Below, one piece after another: positions 26,573 to 34,872 of a DNA stretch of 52,808 nucleotides (position 1 is the stretch's first letter; every line of letters starts with the position of its first letter). The position numbers and the translations under genes are program-made. Source of the DNA: an uncultured Acidobacteriota bacterium (GTDB lineage Bacteria > Acidobacteriota > Vicinamibacteria > Fen-336); contig CAZMRX010000001.1 in the NCBI GenBank assembly GCA_964568755.1, positions 1 through 52,808 on the forward strand, read 5' to 3'. A model generated the notes under the pieces. It worked only from the letters and a program-made list of their open reading frames with translations. It was not told where the DNA came from and did not search any database.

Positions 26573-27270
26573 CGGGCCTCCTCGCGGGTCGCCGAGACGA
26601 GGTCGGCCGCGCGGCCGGAGCGAATCCAGTAGAAGAGGCCGATGTAGAGCAGGTCGAGCGCGAGCGTCAGCAGGCACAGCAGCAGCAGGTACGGGTTGTG
26701 CGACTGGACGACGAAGTTGAAGACCGTGAGCAGGGCGGTGCCGAGCATCTTGCTCCAGGCCACGACCAGCGAGAACTCGTAGAGGTGGCCGTGGCGCAGG
26801 ATGATCACCACGTACAGCGCCGACATCATCGTGTTCAGGATGTAGCCCGAGATGGCGCCGTAGCCGGTGTCGTAGCCCTCGCCCACGAAGTAGTAGATCC
26901 CCACGGCCCACGCTGCGATGCCGAAGACGCAGGCGGGGCGGAAGATGGCCCGCAGCTCCGGCAGCCCCATCTGCCGCTCACCGAAGCGGAAGAGCATGTA
27001 CACGATCGCGAGGTCGAAGAAGAACCAGGCCCGATAGCCCCAGGAGAAGAAGCGGCCGAGCTCGTTCGGGTAGAGGAAGCCCCACACGAACTCCCAGGCG
27101 ATGTTGGCGACCACCGCCCCGGCGGGGATCTCGAGGAACTGGTTGTGGAGCGCGTTCTTGACGATCGCCACGTAGGCCACGACCCAGCCGAAGCAGCCGA
27201 CCCCGAACAGGATCAGCAGCGGGACCGAGTACTGGCTGGTGTTGAACCACTCCGTCGTCGCAACGGGCAT
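26569..27270 (-). CDS. 7-TM membrane protein, paralog A; candidate Pyr4/PaxB-type transmembrane terpene cyclase
   Basis: 233 aa from ATG 27270. Same architecture as paralog B, with motifs NIAWEFVWG and LALDLLY. First gene of a three-gene minus-strand operon. Confidence 0.55.
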   Translation of the reverse strand: MPVATTEWFNTSQYSVPLLILFGVGCFGWVVAYVAIVKNALHNQFLEIPAGAVVANIAWEFVWGFLYPNELGRFFSWGYRAWFFFDLAIVYMLFRFGERQMGLPELRAIFRPACVFGIAAWAVGIYYFVGEGYDTGYGAISGYILNTMMSALYVVIILRHGHLYEFSLVVAWSKMLGTALLTVFNFVVQSHNPYLLLLCLLTLALDLLYIGLFYWIRSGRAADLVSATREEAR

Positions 27271-27494
27271 GCCGGCACCCCCAGGGAGCGGCCCCGCGGC
27301 CGCACGAGAACGAGCACAACGGACGGCGAGAACGTGTGACGCGACGGAAGTCGGCGCGGATGCTACCCGGACCGGGGCGTCACCCGCAAGCGACCAGCGA
27401 CCCATGGACAGGGTCGACGCGCGGTTTGCCGAACCCGCGGCCGGCGTTTCGCGTAATGGCTGGTGCAGGGGTCTGCTGCCCGGGAGGAGGAGCG

Positions 27495-27971
27495 GTGCCG
27501 AGGAAGCTGACGCGCGACACGCGAGGGGCGGTTTTGGCAGGCGTGGCGGCCGGATTCGGTCGGTACCTGGACGTCGACCCGGTGCTGGCGCGCCTGGGCT
27601 TCGTGCTGCTGGCCTTCGTAAACGGCCTGGGAGTGCTGATCTACCTGGCGGGCTGGGCGCTCATGCCGCGGGAAGACGCGGCGGCAGCCGAGGGCTCTTC
27701 CGGCTCCGCGTCCGCTGGGCCCGGATTCGAGGCGCTTCGCAGCGCCGGCAACGAGTTCGCGGCCGAGGTTCAAAAGGCCACCGCCGATCCCGCCTCCGCT
27801 CAGCTCGCGATCGGCTCGGTCCTGGTTCTCACGGGAGGCCTGCTGCTCGCCCACAACCTGGGCTGGCTGCACTGGCCGCACTGGATGCGCTTCGAGACGC
27901 TGTGGCCGCTGCTGCTCGTCGCGCTGGGCCTGGGCCTGGTGTTCAAGTCGAGGAAACCGGCTTCAGCCTGA
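27495..27971 (+). CDS. PspC-domain membrane protein
   Basis: GTG 27495 is preceded by GGGAGGAGGA. N-terminus VPRKLTRDTRGAVLAGVAAGFGRYLDVDPVLARLGFVLLAF...IYLAGWALMP is a textbook PspC domain. C-terminal TM segments are present. Confidence 0.75.
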   Translation: MPRKLTRDTRGAVLAGVAAGFGRYLDVDPVLARLGFVLLAFVNGLGVLIYLAGWALMPREDAAAAEGSSGSASAGPGFEALRSAGNEFAAEVQKATADPASAQLAIGSVLVLTGGLLLAHNLGWLHWPHWMRFETLWPLLLVALGLGLVFKSRKPASA

Positions 27972-27989
27972 CGTCGAGATTGGGGCCTC

Positions 27990-28916
27990 CTAGATCGCCT
28001 TCGCGATCAGCTCGGCGACGCGGTCGAAGCCGGAGCGCGTCGGGTGCAGCTCGTCGTTCCAGTCGGCCCGGTAGCCCGCGGGCATGGCCGACGACAGCGT
28101 GCCGCGCAGGTCCACGTAGCGGACGTGCCGCTGCCCCGCCGAGGCGAGGTCTTTGATGAGGCGCGCGAGCATGGCGTTGTGGCGGTCGATCAGCTCCCGC
28201 ACGACCTCGGCGTTCGTGGTGAGCGCGGCAACCCGGCGACCCTTCTCGGCAGGGACGTAGCCCTTGCGGCGGAATCCCGGCTCGAGCCACGGGCCGGGCA
28301 GGACCCAGCCGCCGCCGAGGTAGCCGCGCCCGTCCGGGATCGCATGGTCGTAGCCGTGCACCACCACCTTCACGCGCTCGCCGAAGTGCGCCTCGGAGAG
28401 CCGGGTCACGACACCGATCAGGCTCGCCATCGCCGTGCGCAGCCGCTCGTCGATGATCCCCTGCGCCACGGTGGCGTTGAGCCGGGGCAGCCCTGACCCG
28501 CTGTGGTTGAGCAGCAGCGGGAACTCGTCGCCGGCGATGTCGTTGCCGCCGCCCGAGAGCAGGATCGCCCGCGGCTTGCCCCCGCGAGCGTGGACCTTCT
28601 CGAACGCTCGCGTCAGCTTGTCGACCTGGGCCGCCTCGTGGGCCATGTCCTCCAGCGTGTCGCCCTTGTGCGCAACGGACTCGATCTCGAAGCCGCGCGC
28701 CTCCAGGCAGCCGAGCACGTCGTAGAACGGGTAGTCGAACCAGGAATCGCCCTCGGCGATCAGCAGGCCGAGGCGCTTCCTGGCCGCCGCCGCGGCACGC
28801 GCCGCCGCGCGCCGGCGCAGCACTTCGCCGGCGAGCGCCGCCCCCGTGTCGAAGGAACGCCGCGCGTCGACGCGCGAGCCCACTTGCTTCGTGCCAGCCG
28901 CGCCACGTCTCTTCAT
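27990..28916 (-). CDS. SGNH/GDSL-family hydrolase, no signal peptide
   Basis: 308 aa. Block I is AEGDSWFDYP, block III is LSGGGNDI and block V is NDELHPT. The N-terminus is Arg/Ala-rich, not signal-like. Confidence 0.7.
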   Translation of the reverse strand: MKRRGAAGTKQVGSRVDARRSFDTGAALAGEVLRRRAAARAAAAARKRLGLLIAEGDSWFDYPFYDVLGCLEARGFEIESVAHKGDTLEDMAHEAAQVDKLTRAFEKVHARGGKPRAILLSGGGNDIAGDEFPLLLNHSGSGLPRLNATVAQGIIDERLRTAMASLIGVVTRLSEAHFGERVKVVVHGYDHAIPDGRGYLGGGWVLPGPWLEPGFRRKGYVPAEKGRRVAALTTNAEVVRELIDRHNAMLARLIKDLASAGQRHVRYVDLRGTLSSAMPAGYRADWNDELHPTRSGFDRVAELIAKAI

Positions 28917-28947
28917 GGCCGCCTCCAGGGGAGCAAGCGCGCTCTTT

Positions 28948-29289
28948 CTAGCCTCGGCGGTTGGCGCTCGCCGAGGCGATCTCGGGCTGGTGCATCACCC
29001 GCTCGACGAAGCCCGCCGGGGCCTTCAGCACCAGGTAGCCGAGGTTCGGGAACACGTTGAAGTCGTAGTCGGAAGCGGCCACCCCCGCCTCCCCCGCGAC
29101 GCGCGCCAGCAGCTCGCGGGCGACGTCCTGCGCGGCCTCCGGCACGGCCGCGCGCGAGGAGCGCCGCGTGGGGGGCCGCAGCCGCAGCACGGCCTCGACG
29201 GCGCGGGGCCTGGAGGCGGAGGCCTGGTCGAGCTGCCGCCGCAGCTCCGGATCGACCTTCACCTTCGCGCGGCGCGTGGCTCCGCTCAC
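28948..29289 (-). CDS. Free-standing subtilase-propeptide (inhibitor I9)-like small protein
   Basis: 113 aa from GTG 29289, which forms a GTGA overlap with the S8 stop. The pattern VEAVLRLRP...DYDFNVFPNLGYLVLKAPAGFVERVMHQPEIASASAN parallels the N-terminal domain of the upstream S8 protein (RVIVILRA...AYRFFPQLGIMLGTVDHEGLLALRADPEVVQVVGA). Confidence 0.45.
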   Translation of the reverse strand: MSGATRRAKVKVDPELRRQLDQASASRPRAVEAVLRLRPPTRRSSRAAVPEAAQDVARELLARVAGEAGVAASDYDFNVFPNLGYLVLKAPAGFVERVMHQPEIASASANRRG

Positions 29290-30488
29290 AAGGCCTCGAG
29301 CGCTTTCACGCCGTTCGGGATGCCCTTGCCGCCCCGCTCGGCCGTCATCCCCCTGGGACGCGTGCAAGAGGCGAACAGCGCCGCTTCGAGCCGGCTCACG
29401 CTCGCCTTCGGCTTCGCTTCCAGCAGCAGCGCGGCGAGGCCTGCCACGTGCGGCGTGGCCATCGAGGTCCCGTCCATCGACTGATAGCCCCCGCCGGGCT
29501 TGGCCGACACGATCCCGACACCGGGCGCCACCAGGTCGGGGACGATCGGATCGGACTTGCGCTCGAAGCGCTGGCTGGAGGAGAAGTCGGCGACCCGGCC
29601 CTTCTCGTCGCAGGCGCCCACCGAGAGGGCCTCCGAGTAGTTCCCGGGCGACCGGCTGGATCCGGCGTACTCGTTGCCCACGGCGAAGACCGGCAGCACG
29701 CCCTTGCGGCGCAGGATGCGCGTGACGGCGAGGAAGTCCGGCCAGTAGCCGCGGAAGCCGAGCGACAGGCTCAGCACGCGAACGCCCTTGCCGAGCGCCC
29801 AGTCCATGCCGCCGAGGACGCGCGCGACCGCGTCGCCGCCTTCGATCACCGCCGCGCTCGCGAGCGTCGCCCCCGGGGCCATGCCGACATGACGGCCGCC
29901 CGCGGCGCGACCCACGATGGTGGCGGCCGTGTGGGTGCCGTGCTCGTCGCTGTCCTTCGGCTTCGGCGGCGGCGTGATTTCGCGGCCCATCAGGTCGAAC
30001 TCGGCAAAGTGCGCGATGGCGCCCTGGAGCGTCGGATGCTGGCCGTCGACGCCCGTGTCGAGCTGTCCGACCAGCACGCCCTTTCCGGTCAGGCCTCGCT
30101 CCCACAGCAGAGGCGCACCGAGCCGCTCGAGGCCCCAGGTGTGCGCGGACGAGAGCTTCGCCGCGCGCACGGCGCGCGGGCGGATCGGGCTGAGCGCCGG
30201 CGCCCCCACGACCTGCACCACCTCGGGATCGGCCCGCAGCGCCAGGAGCCCCTCGTGGTCGACCGTGCCGAGCATGATGCCGAGCTGCGGGAAGAAGCGA
30301 TAGGCCTCGCTCGGCTCGCCCAGGCTCGTGGCGAGGGCGAGCGACGAGCCGCCGCTGCGGAAGCGCGACCCCAGCCGCCGGCCCTCGCGCTTCGAGGCCG
30401 CGGCGCCCGTCCCGGTCGCCGCGCGCAGGATCACGATCACGCGCGCCTGTCCGCGCGACAGCAGCTCCTGGCTCAGGAAACGGCTCAT
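29286..30488 (-). CDS. S8 family serine peptidase (subtilase) with N-terminal I9-like propeptide, no signal peptide
   Basis: 400 aa. Catalytic triad motifs VGQLDTGVD, HGTHTAATIVG and GTSMATPHVAGLAALL. The N-terminus MSRFLSQELLSRGQ is not signal-like. Confidence 0.85.
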   Translation of the reverse strand: MSRFLSQELLSRGQARVIVILRAATGTGAAASKREGRRLGSRFRSGGSSLALATSLGEPSEAYRFFPQLGIMLGTVDHEGLLALRADPEVVQVVGAPALSPIRPRAVRAAKLSSAHTWGLERLGAPLLWERGLTGKGVLVGQLDTGVDGQHPTLQGAIAHFAEFDLMGREITPPPKPKDSDEHGTHTAATIVGRAAGGRHVGMAPGATLASAAVIEGGDAVARVLGGMDWALGKGVRVLSLSLGFRGYWPDFLAVTRILRRKGVLPVFAVGNEYAGSSRSPGNYSEALSVGACDEKGRVADFSSSQRFERKSDPIVPDLVAPGVGIVSAKPGGGYQSMDGTSMATPHVAGLAALLLEAKPKASVSRLEAALFASCTRPRGMTAERGGKGIPNGVKALEAL

Positions 30489-30528
30489 GGCCTCGATCCG
30501 AGGTACAGTCTAGCGCGCTCCGGCAGCC

Positions 30529-31707
30529 ATGAGCACTCCAGGGAGAAACACCAGCTGGCGCGGGCGACCCGCCGCGGCGGCGTACGCCAGCCACCTGCTG
30601 TTCGGCATCGTGATGGCGCTGCTCGGGGCGATCCTGCCGACCCTGGCCTCGCGGATCGGGCTCGACCTGGCGCGAGCCGGTGCGTTGTTCCTGGTGATGA
30701 ACGCTTTCCTGCTCGTGAGCAGCCTCGGCCTCGGGCCGTTCATGGACCGCTTCGGGATGAAGCCGCCGCTCGTGGCCGGGTCGCTGCTGGCAGGAGCGGG
30801 CCTCGCCATGGTCGCGCTCGCGCGCGACTACCAGGCCGTCGCCTGGGGCGCGGCCGTGCTCGGCCTCGGCGGGGGCGCGCTCAACACGGGAGGCAATACG
30901 CTGGTCGCCGACCTGCACCAGGCGCAGCAGGCGAGGAGCGCCGCGCTCAACCGGCTCGGCGTGTTCTTCGGGATCGGCGCGCTCCTGATCCCGCTCGCGA
31001 TCGGGCTGTTGCTTCAGGCGGCGGAGCTGGGCTCGATCCTGCTGGGCGGCGCCGGGCTGTGCGCGGCCGTGGCGCTTCACAACGCTCTCGTCTCGCTGCC
31101 GCCGCCGAAGCGGCAGCGGCACGTGCCGCTCGCCGACGTGGTTCGCCTCGCCCGCGAGCCGCTGGCGCTGGTCTTCGCGGCGCGGCTGTACCTGCAGTCC
31201 GGCAACGAGTTCGTGGCGGGCGGCTCCGTGTCCTCGTTCCTGGTGCGCGAGAGCGGGCTCTCCGTGCGGGAGGCGTCCTGGGCGCTCGCCGGGTACTGGG
31301 CCGCGCTGATGCTCGCGCGGAACGTGCTGAGCCGCGTCGCGCTGCGCGTCGACGGCCCCCGCCTGCTGGTGCTGTGCGCGCTCGCGTCGGCGGCCGGGAC
31401 GGCCCTCCTCGTCTCGAGCCGACACCCGGCGGTGGCGGTCGTCGCGGTGGCGTGGATGGGCGCCGGCCTCGCCGGCATCTTCCCGACCTCGCTCGGGATC
31501 GTGGGCGCGCGCCATCCGGCTCTCACGGGAACGGTGTTCGGCCTGCTGATCACGGCTGGGCTCACCGGCGGGATGCTGCTGCCGTGGCTCACCGGCCTGC
31601 TCGGCGAAGCACACGGGCTGCGGCCGGCGATGGCGCTCGTGGCGCTGCAGTGCCTCGCGATCGCCGCGCTCGCGGCGCGCGCGGGACGCCTGCGTCAATC
31701 CGGCTGA
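30529..31707 (+). CDS. MFS transporter
   Basis: 392 aa with 12 hydrophobic segments in a 6+6 arrangement and an MFS-like loop motif (GPFMDRFGMKP). Confidence 0.75.
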   Translation: MSTPGRNTSWRGRPAAAAYASHLLFGIVMALLGAILPTLASRIGLDLARAGALFLVMNAFLLVSSLGLGPFMDRFGMKPPLVAGSLLAGAGLAMVALARDYQAVAWGAAVLGLGGGALNTGGNTLVADLHQAQQARSAALNRLGVFFGIGALLIPLAIGLLLQAAELGSILLGGAGLCAAVALHNALVSLPPPKRQRHVPLADVVRLAREPLALVFAARLYLQSGNEFVAGGSVSSFLVRESGLSVREASWALAGYWAALMLARNVLSRVALRVDGPRLLVLCALASAAGTALLVSSRHPAVAVVAVAWMGAGLAGIFPTSLGIVGARHPALTGTVFGLLITAGLTGGMLLPWLTGLLGEAHGLRPAMALVALQCLAIAALAARAGRLRQSG

Positions 31708-33143
31708 GGCAGCGGCGGCGGGCCGTCGGGGATGTAGGGCCGGTACACGAAGCCGCGGGTCTTCTTCTCGAACTCCGCCCGGATCGCCGCGCGCGCCGCC
31801 TCGTCCTCGAACAGGTCCACCATCGTGGCGGCCAGCGTCTTCGCGGCCTGCAGCATGCCCTTGTGCCCGATCGACATGCCGCCCGCGGCCACCACCGGCC
31901 AGGCGTGCCAGGGCACGCCGCGCGGCGTCGTGGCCACGGAGACGTGCAGCGTCGGCGTCACCCAGCTGACGTCGCCGACGTCGGTCGACCCGCCCTCGCG
32001 CTCCTGGCCCTCGAGCGGCACGATCGCGGTGTCCATCCCGCGCGGCTCGACTCCCGAGGCGACCTGCAGTGCGCGCGCGAAGGCCTCCTCTTGTTCCGTG
32101 TACGCGATCGGGCCCAGCCAGCGAAGGTTGGCGTCGAGGAGCCGCGTGCCGGTCTCGTTGATCAGGATCTCGAGGTCTCCCGCCTGCACGGTGGCCTTGC
32201 CCTCGACCCCGGCCGCGAGCGCCGCGCCCTCGACGGCGCGCCGCAGCCGCTCGAGGACCGCGTCGAGCACCGCGCGGTCGAAATCGCGCGCCCAGATCCA
32301 GACGCGGCCGGTCTCGGGCACGACGTTCGGGACATCTCCGCCCGCGGTGATCGTGTAGTGCATGCGAGTGGTGGGCTGCACGTGCTCGCGCATCAGGTTC
32401 ACGGCGTGCGTGAACAGCTCGACCGCGTCGACGGCGCTGCGGCCGTTCCAGGGGTCCGACGCGGCGTGCGCCGCCTTGCCCTTGAACTCGACCACCAGGT
32501 CCACGATCGCCTGCCCACCCTGCATGTCGGCGCGCGTGCGGTCCGCCGGGTGCCACGCGAGCGCCACGTCCACGTCCTTGAAGACGCCGTCGCGCGCCAT
32601 GTACGCCTTGCCGCCGACGGCTTCCTCCGCGGGAGTGCCGTAGAAGCGCACGGTGCCCGAGAGCCGGCCGGAGGCGATCAGCTCCTTGACCGCGATCGCC
32701 GCGCCGAGGCTCGCGGGTCCGAACAGGTTGTGGCCGCAGCCGTGGCCCGCGGCCCCCGCCTGCAGCGGCGCCTTCTCGGGAAGGGCCTTCTGCGACAGGC
32801 CCGGCAGCGCGTCGTACTCGCCCAGCACCGCGATCACGGGACGGCCCTCGCCGTAGCTCGCGACGAACGCCGTCGGCATGCCCGCGAGGCCACGCTCGAC
32901 GCGGAAGCCTTGCTTCTCCGCGTAGTCCGCGAGCAGCGCCGCCGAGCGCGTCTCGCGCAGGGCGGTCTCCGCGAAGGCCCACACCTGGTCGGCCAGCGCG
33001 ACGAGCTCGGGCCTCTTGGCCTCGATCGACGCGGCAGCCGCCTGTTTCTTGCGCACGTCGGCCTTGGTGAGGGCGCGCTTGCCTTTCGGCGCCTCGGGCG
33101 CCGCGGCCGACGCGGCCACGAGCAGCGCTAGCATCAGGTTCAT
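31695..33143 (-). CDS. Secreted M20-family amidohydrolase (AbgB / M20D-like)
   Basis: 482 aa with a signal peptide (MNLMLALLVAASAAA). Motifs include IAVLGEYDALPG, GHGCGHNLFG and FYGTPAEE. GGGAG SD lies 6 nt before ATG 33143. Confidence 0.8.
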   Translation of the reverse strand: MNLMLALLVAASAAAPEAPKGKRALTKADVRKKQAAAASIEAKRPELVALADQVWAFAETALRETRSAALLADYAEKQGFRVERGLAGMPTAFVASYGEGRPVIAVLGEYDALPGLSQKALPEKAPLQAGAAGHGCGHNLFGPASLGAAIAVKELIASGRLSGTVRFYGTPAEEAVGGKAYMARDGVFKDVDVALAWHPADRTRADMQGGQAIVDLVVEFKGKAAHAASDPWNGRSAVDAVELFTHAVNLMREHVQPTTRMHYTITAGGDVPNVVPETGRVWIWARDFDRAVLDAVLERLRRAVEGAALAAGVEGKATVQAGDLEILINETGTRLLDANLRWLGPIAYTEQEEAFARALQVASGVEPRGMDTAIVPLEGQEREGGSTDVGDVSWVTPTLHVSVATTPRGVPWHAWPVVAAGGMSIGHKGMLQAAKTLAATMVDLFEDEAARAAIRAEFEKKTRGFVYRPYIPDGPPPLPQPD

Positions 33144-33166
33144 GATTCGCTCCCGGAAGGCCGGCC

Positions 33167-33172
33167 ATTCTA
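33167..33172 (-). promoter_or_regulatory. -10-like hexamer TAGAAT for the M20 gene
   Basis: The minus strand reads GGGTAGAATGGCCGGCCTTCCGGGAGCGAATCATG. The hexamer lies 23 nt upstream of the ATG and the SD falls in the predicted short leader. Confidence 0.45.
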
Positions 33173-33216
33173 CCCGAGGCCGGCACGGGCCAGTGCCCGC
33201 GAGGCGCGAGCACGGC

Positions 33217-33222
33217 TAGAAT
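33217..33222 (+). promoter_or_regulatory. -10-like hexamer TAGAAT (TAGAATCAG) for the divergent secreted-protein gene
   Basis: GGCTAGAATCAG lies 36 nt before GTG 33259. This is the third copy of the 9-mer TAGAATCAG in the window. Confidence 0.4.
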
Positions 33223-33258
33223 CAGAAGCGGGGCCGAAGTGCGAGCGAGGCCGCGAGC

Positions 33259-33927
33259 GTGAGCCGGAGAGCGCGTGTGCTGGCGGGGATCCTGGCCCTT
33301 GCCTTGCCCGGGGCGGCCGTGGCGCAGGACGGCGCGCGCGCGGGCCGGCGCGGCACGCCGATCCGGGACTCGATCGAGCGCGTCATCGAGCAGGTAGTGC
33401 TCGCCCACCTGGCGCCGTGCGAGGCGGCTTCGCGCTCGGGGGTGCCCTGCTTCCCGCTCGGGATCGAGCAGGAGGGACCGCGCTTCTCGGTGGCCGAGGC
33501 CCTGCGCCGCTACCGCGGCACGGGTTCGCCGGCGCCGGGCGTCCCCACCGTCTCCGAGATCCAGGGCCAGATGTCCGGAGCCATGCAGTCGGCCTCGGGC
33601 GGGGTGAGCACGGACCCCGTGTGCGGCGCGCGCAAGCTGTGGAAGAAGCTCCAGGGCAAGAACACGACCTACCACCTCTACAGGACGTGGGACGAGCGCG
33701 GCGAGCGGCCGCTGCTGACCGACCACCCCCTCGACCCCGACGACTACCGGAGCAACCCGCACTTCCACTTCGAGTACCTGGGCGAGTTCAGCGGCGAGTG
33801 CGCGGCCGTCGCCGCCTGGAACAAGGCGCTGCGCGACGCGGTGCTCCCGGATTCGGCGCCTCCGCAAGGCGAGCCCCCGCAAGGCGAGCCCCCGCAAGGC
33901 GAGCCCCCGGACGGCGAGCCGCGCTGA
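33259..33927 (+). CDS. Secreted hypothetical protein with C-terminal PPQGE repeats
   Basis: 222 aa with a signal peptide (RVLAGILALALPGAAVAQD), several Cys residues and the C-terminal tail APPQGEPPQGEPPQGEPPDGEPR. No family recognised. Confidence 0.5.
   Translation: MSRRARVLAGILALALPGAAVAQDGARAGRRGTPIRDSIERVIEQVVLAHLAPCEAASRSGVPCFPLGIEQEGPRFSVAEALRRYRGTGSPAPGVPTVSEIQGQMSGAMQSASGGVSTDPVCGARKLWKKLQGKNTTYHLYRTWDERGERPLLTDHPLDPDDYRSNPHFHFEYLGEFSGECAAVAAWNKALRDAVLPDSAPPQGEPPQGEPPQGEPPDGEPR
33862..33921 (+). repeat. 15-bp tandem repeat x4 (last copy degenerate) encoding (PPQGE)n
   Basis: CCGCAAGGCGAGCCC is repeated head to tail three times exactly, followed by CCGGACGGCGAGCCG. Confidence 0.9.
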
Positions 33928-34005
33928 GCGCCGGCCGGAGCGCTCCTGCGGCCGCGGGTTCTTGGTATGCTCGGGCCGATCTCGTTTGAGCTGAGGAGGC
34001 CTTCC

Positions 34006-34824
34006 ATGTCGCAGAGACAACTGGGGCGCCGTGGTTTCGTGAAGCTCGCGACCGGCCTCGCGCTCGCGAGTCCCGCGCTCGCGCGCGCCGCTGCCGAGCC
34101 GCAGCCGGCGTTTCCGAAGCGCCCTGAGACGAAGAAAGCCCTCTTCGTCTACGGCGGCTGGCCGGGCCACGAGCCCGCGAAGTGCCGCGACATCTTCGTG
34201 CCCTGGCTGCGCTCGAAGAGCTTCGAGGTGGTGGTCTCGGACACGCAGGCGCCCTACGCCGACGCCGCCCTGATGTCCACGATCGATCTCGTGGTGCAGA
34301 TCTGGACCATGGGCACGATCGAGAAGGAGCCGCTCAAGGGCCTGCTCGCCGCGGTGAAGAACGGCACCGGAATGGCGGGCTGGCACGGCGGCATGGGCGA
34401 CGCCTACCGGCAGGAGACCGAGTACCGATACATGGTCGGCGGCGACTGGGTCGCGCACCCGGGCAACATCATCGACTACGACGTGCAGATCACCGACCAC
34501 GAGGACCCGATCGTGGCGGGCCTGTCCGACTTCAAGGTCAAGAGCGAGCAGTACCTGATGCACGTCAACCCGAACAACAAGGTGCTGGCGACGACGACGT
34601 TCCACGGCGCGCACGACCCCTGGATCGACGGCTACACGATGCCGGTCGCGTGGAAGAAGGTCTACGGCAAGGGGCGGATCTTCTACACCTCGCTCGGCCA
34701 CACCGCGAACGTCTTCGACATCCCGGAGGCGCTCACGATCATGCAGCGCGGCATGCTGTGGGCCAGCGAGAGCCGCTACGAGCCCACCCCGAACCTGGTG
34801 AGCCCGGTGTACCCCAGGCGGTAG
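34006..34824 (+). CDS. ThuA-domain protein with twin-arginine (Tat) signal
   Basis: ATG 34006 is preceded by GAGGAGG. N-terminus MSQRQLGRRGFVKLATGLALASPALARA is Tat-like. The body (ALFVYGGWPGHEP...GWHGGMGDA...) is ThuA-like. Confidence 0.6.
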   Translation: MSQRQLGRRGFVKLATGLALASPALARAAAEPQPAFPKRPETKKALFVYGGWPGHEPAKCRDIFVPWLRSKSFEVVVSDTQAPYADAALMSTIDLVVQIWTMGTIEKEPLKGLLAAVKNGTGMAGWHGGMGDAYRQETEYRYMVGGDWVAHPGNIIDYDVQITDHEDPIVAGLSDFKVKSEQYLMHVNPNNKVLATTTFHGAHDPWIDGYTMPVAWKKVYGKGRIFYTSLGHTANVFDIPEALTIMQRGMLWASESRYEPTPNLVSPVYPRR

Positions 34825-34872
34825 TCCAGAGTCGCCACGGACGGCTCGACGCCAAGATTCAAGACCTGACCC

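Noticed and set aside
23897-26632. 911-aa plus-strand ORF across the peroxiredoxin, oxygenase and membrane-protein genes
   Set aside because: It is antisense to a textbook peroxiredoxin and to the paralogous membrane proteins, and its composition is low-complexity.
29290-34701. Upstream 1800 codons of the 1917-aa minus-strand ORF 28948-34701
   Set aside because: It runs antisense through or overlaps five well-supported genes and is Arg/Gly/Ala/Pro-rich. Only its last 113 codons (28948-29289), starting at a GTG coupled to the S8 stop, look like a real protein.
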